Shown here one piece after another: positions 13,850 through 27,321 of a stretch of 64,000 bases of DNA. Made by a program: the position numbers and the translations under genes. Source of the stretch: Eledone cirrhosa (lineage: Eukaryota); the NCBI GenBank assembly GCA_964016885.1, contig OZ024741.1, positions 63,736,001 through 63,800,000 of the forward strand, given 5' to 3'. The notes under the pieces were generated by a model. The model worked only from the letters and a program-made list of their open reading frames with translations. It was not told where the DNA came from and made no database searches. Positions within the stretch are counted from its first letter, which is position 1. Each line of letters begins with the position of its first letter.

Positions 13850-15160
13850 TTATTCAACGATGTTGATAAAAAGGACTCAAGGCCCTTTTATAATGGTCGG
13901 AAGGTTATGTATAGTCCGAGAAAGAGCAGGTCAAATCCAGTGCTACCCTTTGATGGTGCAGCCATATGCGCAGACAAAGCTTAGATACTCACTCGCTGGA
14001 AATTTAAGAAAGTCCTTAGTGTTGAGTCAAATGTAGATGAATATGTAATAACATCTATTTCACAAAGACTAGAGATAGTCAAATTAGCATTCAATCCAAA
14101 TGGAATTAATTACAAGCTGCTATCAAGCAACTATTATCCTACAAAGCTCACTGTAAAGATGGCATCACACCGTACGCTTTCAAATACGGGGATCGAAAAC
14201 TAGTATGTGAGCCTCTTCAGCGATTTCTGGAAATCTGGACGGTCGGACTTGTCCCCCGGCACTTTAGATATACATCTATAATGCACCTTTTCAAGAACAG
14301 AGGTAACTCTTGTGGCATATCACTTCTCTGTATCTCTGGTAAGAATCTTGCCCGTGTCATTGCCAAAAGAATATATCCAGACTTGATGAACTCTACCCAG
14401 AAAAATCAATGTGGATTCCGCTCTGATTGGTGTATTATTAACATGATCTCCCCGAGACATATTGCAGAGTGGTTTCGAGAAAAGAACCGGGAGCTGATTT
14501 TTGTCGATTTGACCAACGCCTTTGACACTGTCAATTACAAAGCTCTCTGAAAAAGTCTCAAAAAGTTTGGTATACCTGACGATATACTGAATATCATCAT
14601 AACTTTTTATGAGCATCAAAATATCAGTTATATCAAATTGTGAATGATTCTCGGAAGCAACTGACGCTCTTGGCAAAGCACATCATGGTATATGAGGTGT
14701 CAGAGTTATATCCTTGAAAATATATGTTGCTGACAACAGTTTTACAGCTCGTTTTTATCACACCCACATTTAGAAGATTGACGTCTTCCACAAACATTGT
14801 CTTTGCTCTGTCTATGGTTATACACTTTCTGACAGTTTTCAATACTGATCTATTCATTAGATGGGCTGGTCATGTTCTACTGATGAAGAGTGCACACCCA
14901 GGATACCTTTATACAGTCAGCCTCAGGATTGTGCACGTCATGTAGGCAGACCATACTTAGATATGAAGACAAACTGAAGTACACTTACTTCGAAAATTCT
15001 CGTCTGGTCCAAATTCGGGATCTAAGATTTTACACCAAGACGATCAAACCTGCCGCGTGCACCGCTCATAATCCTGTCATCTGCACTAAATGCAGCTTGA
15101 AGAGTAAATCAACAGTTGGTCTGGAGTGCTATTTAAGGCATAACTATAAAGAATAAATAC
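13850..15160 (+). mobile_element. Decayed RTE/BovB-like LINE
   Basis: GISLLCISGKNLARVI, QCGFR, FVDLTNAFDTV, RWAGHV, LRYEDKLK and a C-terminal CTKC..H remnant. Confidence 0.8.
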
Positions 15161-15626
15161 AGAAAACTGTTCAACTCTCATGCGTCGAAATCGCCACCTG
15201 AGTCCATCATTCCTTATATCTTCTTTTTATTCTAAATCCCTTATACAATACATATATTATTTTATTTATATTTATATTTTAGTCTTTCACGTATTTCAGT
15301 TATCACACTACAGTCATGTTGAGACACCACCTTGAAGGGATTTTAGTCAATCCTTTCAATGCCAATACTTATTTTTGCATCGCAATCCATATATATCATT
15401 AATTTGCTTTCCCCTCCTCACACTCTCGCTCACGCACATTCTTTTTCAATAGATTTGTTGTCAACCGAGGATTAAATTCTGCTATGTGTTTTATTAATTC
15501 TGAACACTAATCTATGACTAAGAAAGAAGAAAAATTCTCCGCCTGAAAAATAATACATGCAAATCTTCATTCAGTGAAAGCACAGCTATTTTTTGTTATT
15601 ATAATTTTTTTATGACAAAGGAGGTG

Positions 15627-16105
15627 CTACTTCCAGATAAGTAACCCACTCCAGAACTACCTCCAGCTAAATACCTAACCCTAGACCTACCTTCAGCTAA
15701 GTAACCCACCGTAGACCTATCTCAAGCTAAGTACCCCACCTAGACTTACCTCCAGCTAAATACCCCACCCTAAACCTAACTCCAGTTAAGTATCTACCCT
15801 AGATCTATCTCTTCTCCCACGTCGTAACACTCCATCCTTCATCAGCTAAGTACCCCTCCCTAAACCTACCTCTACCTAAGTAACACACCCTAGCCTAACC
15901 TCAAGCTAATTACCTCACCTAGACATGCCTCCAGCTAATTACCCCACCTAGACTGATCTCCTGCTAAGTACCCACCTAGACCTATCTCCAGCTAAGTACC
16001 TCAACCTAGACCTACCTCCAGTTAAGTACCCCCAACCTAGACCTACCCACAGGTAAGTACCCCCACCCTTGACCTATCTCCAGCTAAGTTCCCCATCCTA
16101 GACCA
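15627..16105. repeat. ~27-bp minisatellite
   Basis: Diverged tandem units of cctagacctacctccagctaagtacccca. Confidence 0.9.
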
Positions 16106-16169
16106 TTACGACGTCGATAATTGATATAAATATTAAAGAGAAATGTGCTTAACATAGTGCATTTTGGGA

Positions 16170-16790
16170 TGCCATTACTGACTTTGGCTGAGCTTGATTG
16201 TATTCCTTCGACCATATGTTGGGCTCTTTTTGTCGTGAAATACTTGATCTGTTGTAAAAACTTTCCACAGATCTAATGCTAACATTTTTTTCGACGCGAT
16301 GTTGTGATCAACCCTTTCAAATGCCTTATTGAAATCAAGGTGTATGGCATAAGTATTGGGACCCTCTTTCAAAGCTCTTAAAGCGTCATCAAATTGATGC
16401 AGGAGTTGCGTTAGGTAGTCCCTGCCATTACGGAACCCATGTTGGTTGAATCAGATTGTTGCTTTCAAGGAAGTGAGTTATTAGTGATCTCACCGCCCCC
16501 TCAAACACCGTGATGGTATGATAGGGGAGTGAGATCGGACGGTAATTCACTGCAAGGGATTGTTTCCCATTTTGAAAACTGGGATGACAAACTAGTACAG
16601 AAATTGTTCAGGGTTAAAGCCAACGTCCAGTGAGTCCCTTCACAGATTAGCTGGAAGAAATGCCAGTTGGTGTCAACACACCTCCAGGACACTAGCAGGG
16701 ACTCTATCGTGGCCTATTGCTGAGTTGTGTTTAATTTCGTTTATTGCCGCTAGGACATCAGGGAGACCAAACATTATGTCATATATAGTG
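16170..16790 (-). mobile_element. CR1/L2/Jockey-group LINE RT fragment
   Basis: QHGFRNGRDYLTQLL, IHLDFNKAFERVDH, SAIGHDRVPASVL. Confidence 0.75.
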
Positions 16791-17257
16791 TGTTGGAGAT
16801 TAACATCACTGATACAGCCCAAACATATATAGATGGAAATATGTATGTGTATATATGTATGTTTGTATTTATGTAGGTATGTATTTTGTATGTATGTATC
16901 TATAATATCAATATTTCCATTTGCGTTTGAGACAGACATATTTAAAATTTCCTCCAATGCTTCTTAAGTCAACCAGCTTCTATCAACTAGCTTAAAATCT
17001 AAACATAAGCAAATTCCAATCTGAGGCATGCGGGTTTTGATTACTGGCAGGGGTCTCCGACCATTTTACATAACACCTGTCGTATTTCGCCGTTTCTCTC
17101 AACTATTTTTATAGTGATCGACTATTATAGTCATTTGCGTTGGGCTACAATTCATATACATATAAATATAATATGTAGGATCCCGAGAGGCGACCAATTA
17201 AAGGAAATACTCAATACGTTAGTGAAGTATTTGTGTATTCATTTTATTATAGAATAA

Positions 17258-17295
17258 CCGATGAGATGTAATAACATCGAAACTAGTCCAATATT
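17258..17295 (+). ncRNA. 5'-truncated hammerhead copy
   Basis: CCGATGA-gatgtaataacatc-GAAACTAGTC-caatatt. The 5' strand of stem I is absent. Confidence 0.7.
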
Positions 17296-18045
17296 CCTGT
17301 CTGGCCCTCTGGAGAATAGAGGAAATGTGTTTCCTTGAAAACTCGTATGACTCTAAAACCCGGTCCGCCTGTGTGGTTACATACAGACTAGCTGACACTC
17401 ACTGTAAAGTGTCTAGTGAAAAGCTGAGTACATGTACATATGTATACATGTGTGTATTTATATGCATACTAATACTTCCGTATACATATGTAGATGTACA
17501 CTTTAACTTAATTGTTTAAGCGTCAGTCATACAAAAGTGAGTTAGAAGCGAAACGAAATTTAATTTCGTTTCGTTATTTGTTTTTCTCGTTTCCGCTGAA
17601 CCGGTGCGTACAATGACTCACGTTCTATGCAAATTAGTCTACCCACTACTAATTTTCATAGAGAAAGCATATAACGATATGTGCTTTTACAATTCTCCAG
17701 AGAAGCCGGAAGATGGGTAAATATTGCTGATGAGATGTAATAACATCGAAACTAGTCCAATATTCCTGTCTGGCCCTCTGGAGAATAGAGGAAATGTGTT
17801 TCCTTGAAAACTCGTATGACTCTAAAACCCGGTCCGCCTGTGTGGTTACATACAGACTAGCTGACACTCACTGTAAAGTGTCTAGTGAAAAGCTGAGTAT
17901 ATGTATACATGTGTGTATTTATATGCATACTAATACTTCCGTATACATATGTAGATGTACACTTTAACTTAATTGTTTAAGCGTCAGTCATACAAAAGTG
18001 AGTTAGAAGCGAAACGAAATTTAATTTCGTTTCGTTATTTGTTTT
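17260..18045 (+). repeat. Direct repeat with 469-bp period carrying HHRs (tandem pLTR/retrozyme-like)
   Basis: 17260-~17585 is nearly identical to 17729-18045. No credible ORF. Confidence 0.9.
17720..17764 (+). ncRNA. Canonical minimal type I hammerhead ribozyme
   Basis: aatattg-CTGATGA-gatgt-aata-acatc-GAAAC-TA-GTC-caatatt. Predicted cleavage after 17757. Confidence 0.95.
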
Positions 18046-21000
18046 TATATATATATATATACAAAATCCACGTTAATGGATGGATATAGGGACACAACAT
18101 CCATACTACCTATGATACAGTCTGTTAGGTCTCTAGATCGGTTATTTTCGCTGATTCTGCTGAGGAGGTCCTCCGTGCTGTCACATATATCTGGGGACAT
18201 TTCAATGATGGGGCGTATGATCAGGGAGACGAAGTAGGAAAGTCTGTAGTTACTAGCAATGTTAGCTCCACAGACTGGCCGTGTTGGTGGTCCTGTGACA
18301 GGCTCACTGCTCGTCTTATGGTCTTTTCGAAGCCCATACAACGCTGGCACGTCATTGTTCCAGGCCTGGAATTTGTTGGCAGTCCTTTTATTGGGGTGCA
18401 TTATATTTGTCCACATCATCATATGGGCATTGAGGGTTTTCTCCCTATCCTCATGCTCTCGTGGTGTTACTTCTCTTGTGTTAGTGATGTGGGGGTTGCA
18501 TTGCCTGGATGTAGTTTGACAGACTGTCAACCGACATTCTGCCAGACTTGTCTGTTGGAAAGCATGCAATCTCTCCATTACGCGAGCGCTGCATGAGCTT
18601 ACGCAAGTCATTTGCAGATTCTTCTCCCAGTTGCTGTGCTTCGATTCTATTTTGCTTCTTGCTATACTGTTCTATAATATTTATAAGTTTAGATCTAGCT
18701 ATACTAAATTGTGCTTCTGTTTGTTCATCGACCTGCCACGGCAATTGCGTGCGTTTGTTAAATGGTAAAGTCGTGGCGTAGACTCGTCGTAGGTCGAATG
18801 GCATATCGGAAGGATTATAAAAAGTAGAATTCCAGGCTGCTGCTTTATGTGTACTCCTTGCTATTGTTATTGTTAGTTGTGTTGTTTCTATTTCTATTTC
18901 CACCAACAACCTCATGGTTGTTTCTGTCTCTCATCATTACTCCTGTCTCTTTCCTCTGGCTCATTGTTATTATCTACACTATTTTGTGTGTTCGTCCTGG
19001 TGATTTTCTCTGTCAGTATCGATAGTCACCCTTCTCCTTTCAATCCCATTGCCTTCCCTTACTTCTGTGTTACTGTCATTACCTGTTTTCTGTGTCTGTG
19101 TGTTTGTTAAGATTGTGGTGGTGGTGAGAGGCATAGACTGTGTGTTGTTGTTGTTTTTGTTGTTGATGTGTGCTGTTGTTGATGTGTGTTGTTGTTGATG
19201 TGTGTTGTTGTTGTTGTTGTCTCCGTGTATGTTATTATTGTTGTGTGTGTTGTTGTTGTTATTGTTGTTTGTGTCTGTGTGTCTGTTGTTGGAATGTGTG
19301 TTGTATGTGTGTGTGTGCGTATGTTGTTACTTTTGTTTTTGTTTTTGAGGCTCCAACGTAATTTTGTAAATTATTTTTCTATTTCTGACAAGCATTTTAT
19401 CATATTTACCTTATTATATGTGGCTTATTTAGGTGGTAGCTGTAATATCGATAATTCATCAGAGTCGACTGTAGTGTTGCCGTATATATTTGTGTTGTTG
19501 TTGTTGAATTCATCCGTTAATGAGATGTCGGCCATGTTTATACCATCAATCTTGTCTAAATATGTATCTCTATTCTCTGAAGTTTCTTGGTTTAGTTTCA
19601 TCTATTTGTGCCACTTTAATTTCTTGTTAAAGTGTTTGTCGCACTCCTGAACGATGTACTTTTCTTCGTCACATATAAGGTTTATATATATTAATTTTTC
19701 TCTTGGTGTGGTGATCTTAGTTATTTCTTGTATTAGGTTACGCTTATGTTTTTCTTGATGACTTAATTCTCTGTAAATCTTTTTTTATGTTTAGAATTAG
19801 TGTTCGTTTTAGCCTATCTCCTTGCTTTTTGGTAAGGTGTAATCTTCTTACATCGGTGTTGATTGTGTTGGTGTAAACTAGGGATGAGGCACATTATTTA
19901 TGAAGTGTAGTTGTCGAGATGTTATTGTTTTTCGTAGACAACAGAACTTGGTGGTTTTCAGTATCTTGTTAGCCTGGCTAAGGCTTACGATATTTCGTTT
20001 CTGAATTTGTTTAGCAAGATTCTTTATCTGAAAACGTGTGTTGAAACCGATATTGTTATACTTTGGGAGGGTCATGTTGCCAATAAGAAACACACGCATC
20101 AGTTGCTTTCACTCCAATTTATTATAAATTAAATTTATAAATTTAAGAATTTATAAATTTCCGGTTGGTTGGTTGGTTCCACAACCGGACGGTTGTTCAT
20201 ATATTGTCAAAGTTCTTTCGTCACACATTCTGTGACCTCTTCAGTGACTGGGGATTCTTTTTTTTGTTTTGTGCTTCTCCTTTGTTCTGTCCTACGCCAT
20301 CTTGTTTTTGTGTGTTATGTGCTTAGTTTGCGCATGTGTTACATCCGGATGTCTGTGTATGTTTTTATTTGTTTATTTATTTGTTTATTTACAAGTTACT
20401 GGTTGGTTGTTTGTTCTATGTGTGTGTGTGTGTTTTCATTTTGTCTTTAATTGTAAGTTGTGATGTTGCTTTTCCATTCATGTTTTCTATTTAATTTTGG
20501 TTGGAGTTCATTTATGTTTATTGCCTCTGTGATTTGTCCAAACATTGCGTCTATTCTGTGTGTAGATTCTATTTTTATTTCTATGTTCTCTAATTTGCCC
20601 TTATGTTCTATTTTAGCATGTTGGTGGAGTATTGATGATTCTTTTTTATCTTGAAGCTCTCGCCAGTGTTCATTTAACCGTTCTCCTATACTACGAGCTG
20701 TCTCACCTATGTACACTATATTCTTATCTTTAGATTGTCCTTCAGTACATATTATGCTATATACTACATTTCTAGTTTTACAGTTAATATGGGGGCATAG
20801 TTTACAGATTATGCATTTATTATCTATACAGGGAGGTCTTTGAAAAGGGTATGTATTGCTAATAAGTGTGTTTATGGAGGTACCTGGTCTTTCTACTATC
20901 TTAATATTAAGTTTAAGTTTATCTAGGGCGCTTCTAAATTTGTAAGCTAATTCACCTCTAGGTGTTGTATTGATAAACATTACACGCTGGTATTTATTGC

Positions 21001-21288
21001 TATGAGTTTATTCTATTAACCTTATTCCTAGTTCTTTCTATTCTATTCCAAAATTTGCTCCTATACAAGGGGCAGGTCCCATTTGTATCATTATTTACCA
21101 TTTTTTCCCATTTGGTTCTGGCTCCTCTATATACTCTGACAATATATGAACAACCGTCCGGTTGTGGAACCAACCAACCAACCGGAAATTTATAAATTCT
21201 TAAATTTATAAATTTAATTTATAATAAATAGAAGTGAAAGCATATGATGCGTGTGTTTCTTATTGGCAACATGACCCTCCCAAAGTAT

Positions 21289-21295
<7 letters not shown>
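18045..21295 (-). mobile_element. PLE (Neptune/Nematis-like Cys linker) in partial-tandem arrangement: GIY-YIG end, pLTR, N-terminus/RT start, plus inverted pLTR tail
   Basis: 20447-20980 has CIDNKCIIC..VVYSIIC..YIGETARS. 18481-18915 has PTDKSGR. 18045-18611 has LYGLRKDHK, PTRPVCG, MDVVSLYPSI. 21137-21295 is an inverted copy of ~20050-20209. (TA)n at both ends. Confidence 0.92.
20206..20248 (-). ncRNA. Type I hammerhead ribozyme in pLTR
   Basis: Reverse complement: gtca-CTGAAGA-g-gtcaca-gaatg-tgtgac-GAAA-gaac-TT-tgac. Confidence 0.75.
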
Positions 21296-21319
<24 letters not shown>

Positions 21320-21580
21320 GCGGAGATATTATATATTATATGTGATGTATATTATATGGTATATATCATGTGCTGTGTATGATGTCGACGCGATGGTCCA
21401 GGTTAGTCAAACATTTTATCCTGAGTTCAGTTTTTTTCGTCGCTATTGTCACAGCGGCCCGTCTATTGGTCGCTATCTTCAATTTGCAAAGCTGTCTAAA
21501 CGTAATATTATAACTCTAGGGTAATATACATTCGTTAGCTTGGCTGCAGCCAGAGCTTCGATGATGCTGTACTAAATTGA

Positions 21581-21614
<34 letters not shown>

Positions 21615-22530
21615 GATAACAAGTTATCGTTATAGGTAATCCAGTTAGAGGTTGTGAGTGCTCTGCGTCGTGGATACTTTTAACCTACGGCTTTTTTTTA
21701 CTCAACAAGATGCTTCCATATTTATGCAGTAATTTTTCGCGGTAATTTTTATGCAGTAATTACTTGGAGTAATAATAGTTAAAGAATGAAGATTAACATG
21801 GTTGGCTGTACAATAAGGACTTTATTTAAAGTACTGACAATTTTTTCGTTGATCATGTGGGTCTAGAGTTCGCTAATCGCTTGATGTTGCGTTATTCGAT
21901 CTACAATACATTATTCACCTATGGTCAACACATCAGAGTATGTAAATATGAAAATAATTCACTCGAGGCAAGACTTATATAGAGAAATAGCGTATAATTA
22001 AAACAATAACATCAATAATAAAATAGCGTATAATCTAAACAATAACATCAATAATAATACATGTATGGTAAATAGGTAGAGAAGTTACAGATGTAAAAAG
22101 TAAAAGTAGAATATAAGATAGGGTACATAAAAAAGTAAGAAAATGAGAGAATGGAAAATACAGAGCTAAATAAATAAGTACATAGTAGTAGTTTTTGAGT
22201 AAGTGTTCTTATAAGGATTCGTTGGTGGGAAACTAGATTCGAGATGTACATAGATACGTGTAGAGGGTCCGATAAAAGAGACAATAAATTAGAGATTAAT
22301 TGCTGGATGTATGTATGATATTTATGGGCTAGGGATGACGGGACATTTGATAAACGCTTGTTGTAAATGTTGGTCGTTTGATAGCTAATAGCAGTGCGAT
22401 GGTGTATATTCTATATGTTAAAATCTAGGTGGTTCAGTACTAATTTTGGGATTGCATGGTGGTTTAAATTTTGTGAATCTAGTAGGTATTTTATGTCTAG
22501 AGAAAATAGATCTTTCTATTTCGCTGTTAA
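21615..22530 (-). mobile_element. PLE 3' end/pLTR remnant
   Basis: Minus strand begins SEIERSIFSRHKIPTRFTKF (compare NRIERSLYCNHRLKSTF and SEIFNSCRHRQKSTF). It contains an HHR and ends at (TA)n. Confidence 0.6.
21832..21940 (-). ncRNA. Degenerate hammerhead with ~85-nt stem II domain
   Basis: Reverse complement: tact-CTGATGT-gttga..tcaac-GAAA-aaatt-GTC-agta. Confidence 0.65.
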
Positions 22531-23323
22531 TATATATACACAAATAAAGTCTCGCTGTGAATATGGCACGTAGCAAAAACACTTCAACCACCAGACACTA
22601 TCCTAGAAATTCAAGACTGAAACTCCCTTTAAGGATATCTTGGTGATGCAACGCAAGTAGGGGAGAAAACATATATAGTCTTATCTGATCCAGGTCTTTT
22701 GGAACAGTTCAAGACAATGCATGTTTCTTTCTCCGCAGTAAAGCACATTCATTTTTGTTAGACTTATCAGATGTAGATGTATGAAATAGAAAAGAAATAT
22801 ATATGCATGCAGCTGAGCGAGTGTGTATGTATGTATGTGGGAGTGTGTGCGTGCGCGCAGTAAATAATTTTTGTCGGGTTGAGTTTCTTAAAGCAAATGT
22901 AGTGATTGACATCAAAATAAAAAGACATGAAATATATATATTTCTTTTTATTCCATAGAAGTCCACTACTATGTATGAATTACTCAACTTTCAACAGATC
23001 CTAGTCAACATTCAATTTAGAGATATGGAATAAAATATCTTGTTCACTGTTGTTTGTCTTTAAAACTGCTATTTCAGTACGTTAAGAAGTTGTTGACAGT
23101 TAAGAGGTTTTGCCTTGAAAAACTACATTATGCCATGTCAGATAGGGAAGAAATCTCTGCCACAACAACTGCAACATGTTAACTTCACTAACAATTCTTT
23201 TCTTTGCTACAGCTGCTACGTCTGACCATTGTTTTCTTAATTTCTACTACTCTAAATTAAAGTTATACTTTGTTTCTGTTATTTTAAATACTAGTACATA
23301 ACCCGTTGTTTTACAAGCGTAAT

Positions 23324-23425
<102 letters not shown>

Positions 23426-23542
23426 AGATACACACACATACATTGGCTGAATGGATACATACGTGCTTTTTCTCAAAACCTTTTTTCTCGTTCCTTTTCT
23501 TCTCACCCTCTATCTTTTTATTTCCTCTTTCATTTCTCATTC

Positions 23543-23586
23543 TATCTTCTGATGAAGAATGTTCGTCCGAAACGTTTATTAAGCAT
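23543..23586 (+). ncRNA. Degenerate hammerhead-like motif
   Basis: CTGATGA-agaatgttcgtcc-GAAACGTTT. Stem I unclear. Confidence 0.4.
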
Positions 23587-23647
23587 TAAACTAACATATT
23601 GATGTATGTACTGAGTTGCCTGCTTTGTTGTTTCCGTTTATTTTTTG

Positions 23648-24289
<642 letters not shown>

Positions 24290-24544
24290 ATGATTAGAGA
24301 ATACAGTGGAAATAGATTTGAAAAATATATTAGTATACAATAGAAGATAAGGGAAATCGAATACTATCTCGTGTGTATGTTGCATGTCGCAATATATTGG
24401 TTCATTTCAGGCTAAGTTGCTATTCCTGTGTCATGTTTAAAGGGGCAGAAAGGAAGGAAAGAAATTCAGCTGCAGAACGTTCACTTCATCAGCTATCCAA
24501 GATAGTTCTCAACGTTTTCCGCACATCCGACATTATTGCACTTT

Positions 24545-24760
24545 GGCGGTGGATTGGCAGAATCGGTAGAGCGTTGGACAACATGCTTCGTGACATAGAT
24601 TTAGGGCACTTTAAATTCTGAGTTCAAATCCCGCCGAGGTTAGCTTTGCCTTTCATCTTTACGCGGTCGATAAAATAAAGTACCAGTAATACCCTGAGGT
24701 GGATTTAATCGACTTTCTTTTCCTCCAGATTGCTGGCCTTGTATCTATAGTAGAGATCAT
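24545..24760 (+). mobile_element. tRNA-derived SINE
   Basis: ggcggtggattggcagaatcggtagagcg..gagttcaaatcccgccgagg.. Confidence 0.9.
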
Positions 24761-25207
24761 CATTGAAGATTTATTTGTTCCCAACGTTGGTGTCTTTCGG
24801 ATGCTTCTGTCATATTCACAATGAAGTATTTTCAGCATCACTCTCTAATTTACAAATCAATGTACTGATCCAGTACCAGTCAGGAAGGGAAAATCTACCT
24901 AGCTATGAACCTGCGATATCTCAACTCTACCGGAAGTTTCTCGTATCTCATATGATTAAAACAATGTTCTTCATATTTTAGGCTCTTTCTTCTAATCGTA
25001 CATTCCGTTTCACCTTCCAAAGACGCCAGCAATTCGTGGATCAGAATTTTTTGACAGGTCAGATGATACCATAAATTGAGAGTGTTTCATCCTTATAGCA
25101 AATATTCCTGTATCGTCCTGTCTTAACTTCGTGTCAGAAGTCCGGATACTTGCATTATGATTTTAGTTTATTAGCAAAGACACTCAATACTTGGTTATGT
25201 TATAAGA

Positions 25208-25872
25208 CATGGGTCTGCAACCTTTTGGGGTGGGCGGGCCTCATCTTTATGGAATGTCTCGTCGACAGGCCACATAGCATGCACTGGTTCGTTGGCGGGC
25301 CATATCAAAATATAATAAATTTGCTCAACCTCAGAAGGCTAGCTTAATCCCGGGATTTAAAGAATAACAATGGATGTTATGTGATATTACTTTGATGACA
25401 TTCCTTACTACAAATAGAATACAGGCAGAAATGATAAATTGTTTAATGAAATATTTCTTTTTGCCCGTCGTTGGATAGCTTCTCTACATCAGGCGAAATA
25501 TTTATCGAGGACATGTGTAGAACATCTTCCAGAGGGTCATCACGCAACCCTGTCCTTAAACGATCTTTGGTACATTTTCTTTTGGAAAAAAGCTGTTCAC
25601 AGGTATAGATATTGCAAAAAAAAATGATATTAGTACATACAGACCCCTTGACCTCGATGTCTGACTATTCTATCTGTCTGAGTTTGTTTATTCATTAGTC
25701 ACCCCAATTATTACGTTCAGCTAACTGAGTATTGTGGCTAGACGTGTTCTCTAGTCGGTATTCTAATCCAAAATAATTCAGAGCACTTTTTCAGGGATCA
25801 CCTAGCCTAAGATTGAAACCTTTTGGTGGGCCGGACAGAAATGCTTCGCGGTCCGGGGGTTTCCGACCCCTG
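25208..25872. mobile_element. Non-autonomous hAT (Charlie-like) DNA transposon
   Basis: TIRs catgggtctgcaacc and ggtttccgacccctg. 8-bp TSD ttataaga/ttataagg. GGGCCG-type subterminal motifs. Confidence 0.8.
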
Positions 25873-26533
25873 TTATAAGGTATATTCCGCAAGGGGTGTG
25901 TTAAATGCTGCCAGAACATGTTCCAATAAGGAAAAGACTTCTGCATCAATGACAATCAGTATTATTCCTGCACCAACTGAAAAACAAAATCTGACACCAT
26001 TCACTTTTCCATTTTCCATAACATGTTCCAGGATAGCATATTTTCTTCCGCAGTCACATACTCTTCATATGTATTAGATTCCCAACGTTACTTAATTGTT
26101 TGTACGTTGTTCGTCTTGAAATACACACACATACACAGACAATCACAGCTACACAAACGCAATTTGATATCAGAAGATTCTAAGCAAAATTACTTCACGT
26201 TCCTTTGAATTGACAAGGAAAAAAGAATCGACATTGAGGTCAATATATAAAGAATATATATATAATTCAAGTAAAGAAATGCATCAATTTTGAAAAGATG
26301 ACAGGAAGATACATAGGTTTATGAACCGGAAAGTTCTGGAATAAGCGAATGTAGAAAGTGCATAAGGATCAATTCACAATGCGACTGATTTAAGAGATTA
26401 CATGTGGAAAATATGAACAAAACGTACAGAAGCCCCCACCCCCACCCAATCCCACCCCCTCTATATTTATATCTTATATTTATATATATATATATATATA
26501 TGTATATTTATATATATATATATATGTATGTAT

Positions 26534-26599
<66 letters not shown>

Positions 26600-26695
26600 G
26601 CGTGTGTGTGTGTATGCGAACTTGTTTAGTCTCAGTTTGGTATCCAGGCAAACCAGAGTGTCTGAAGATTCTACTCCCACGACCCTCACAAGAAG

Positions 26696-26726
<31 letters not shown>

Positions 26727-26953
26727 CCATTGAGATTTTTCACTAAGAAACATATTCATCATACATATAAATGTTATGATACTTTAAATGAGTATATATA
26801 TATATATACATATATAAACAAAGGGATATTTAATTTGTTGGTAATTCAACAAATATATATATATTTACAACTGATTCGAAGCACTCGACAAGTTTTCTGG
26901 AGTATAATATCAATGATATTAATAAATGGAAACTATATTTATAAAACCATATT

Positions 26954-27014
26954 TATTCTATTATATATATTTCAAGGGTACCAACACTTTGGTACGCTTT
27001 CATCAGATAAAATA
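26954..27014 (-). ncRNA. Type I hammerhead ribozyme
   Basis: Reverse complement: tattttat-CTGATGA-aagcgtaccaa-agtg-ttggtaccctt-GAAA-tatata-TA-atagaata. Confidence 0.88.
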
Positions 27015-27087
27015 CAAAGTTTGTTTTATAAGAATTGACATATCCAGGAATGAGACCTTAAGGGTTCAAGTTTTACCTGGATAGCAC

Positions 27088-27140
27088 CTGATGAAAGGGT
27101 ACCAAAGTTTTGGTACCCTTGAAATATATATAATAGATTA
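27088..27140 (+). ncRNA. Hammerhead copy starting at the inversion junction (no 5' stem I)
   Basis: CTGATGA-aagggtaccaa-agtt-ttggtaccctt-GAAA-tatata-TA. Confidence 0.75.
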
Positions 27141-27321
27141 TATATGATTTTATAAATATAGTTTCCATTTATTAATATCATTGATATTATACTCCAGAAA
27201 ACTTGTCGAGTGCTTCAAATTAGTTATAAATATATATATATTTGTTGAATTACCAACAAATTAAATATCCCTTTTCTTATAAATAGCTCCTTTAATGTTG
27301 AGCACTTTAAACTATAACTGA

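Noticed and set aside
15627-16105. CRISPR-like or telomere-like array
   Set aside because: Contiguous diverged minisatellite without unique spacers, in eukaryotic DNA.
24545-24640. SINE heads as tRNA genes
   Set aside because: A and B boxes are present but spaced by extra sequence, with no cloverleaf, and are always attached to the SINE body.
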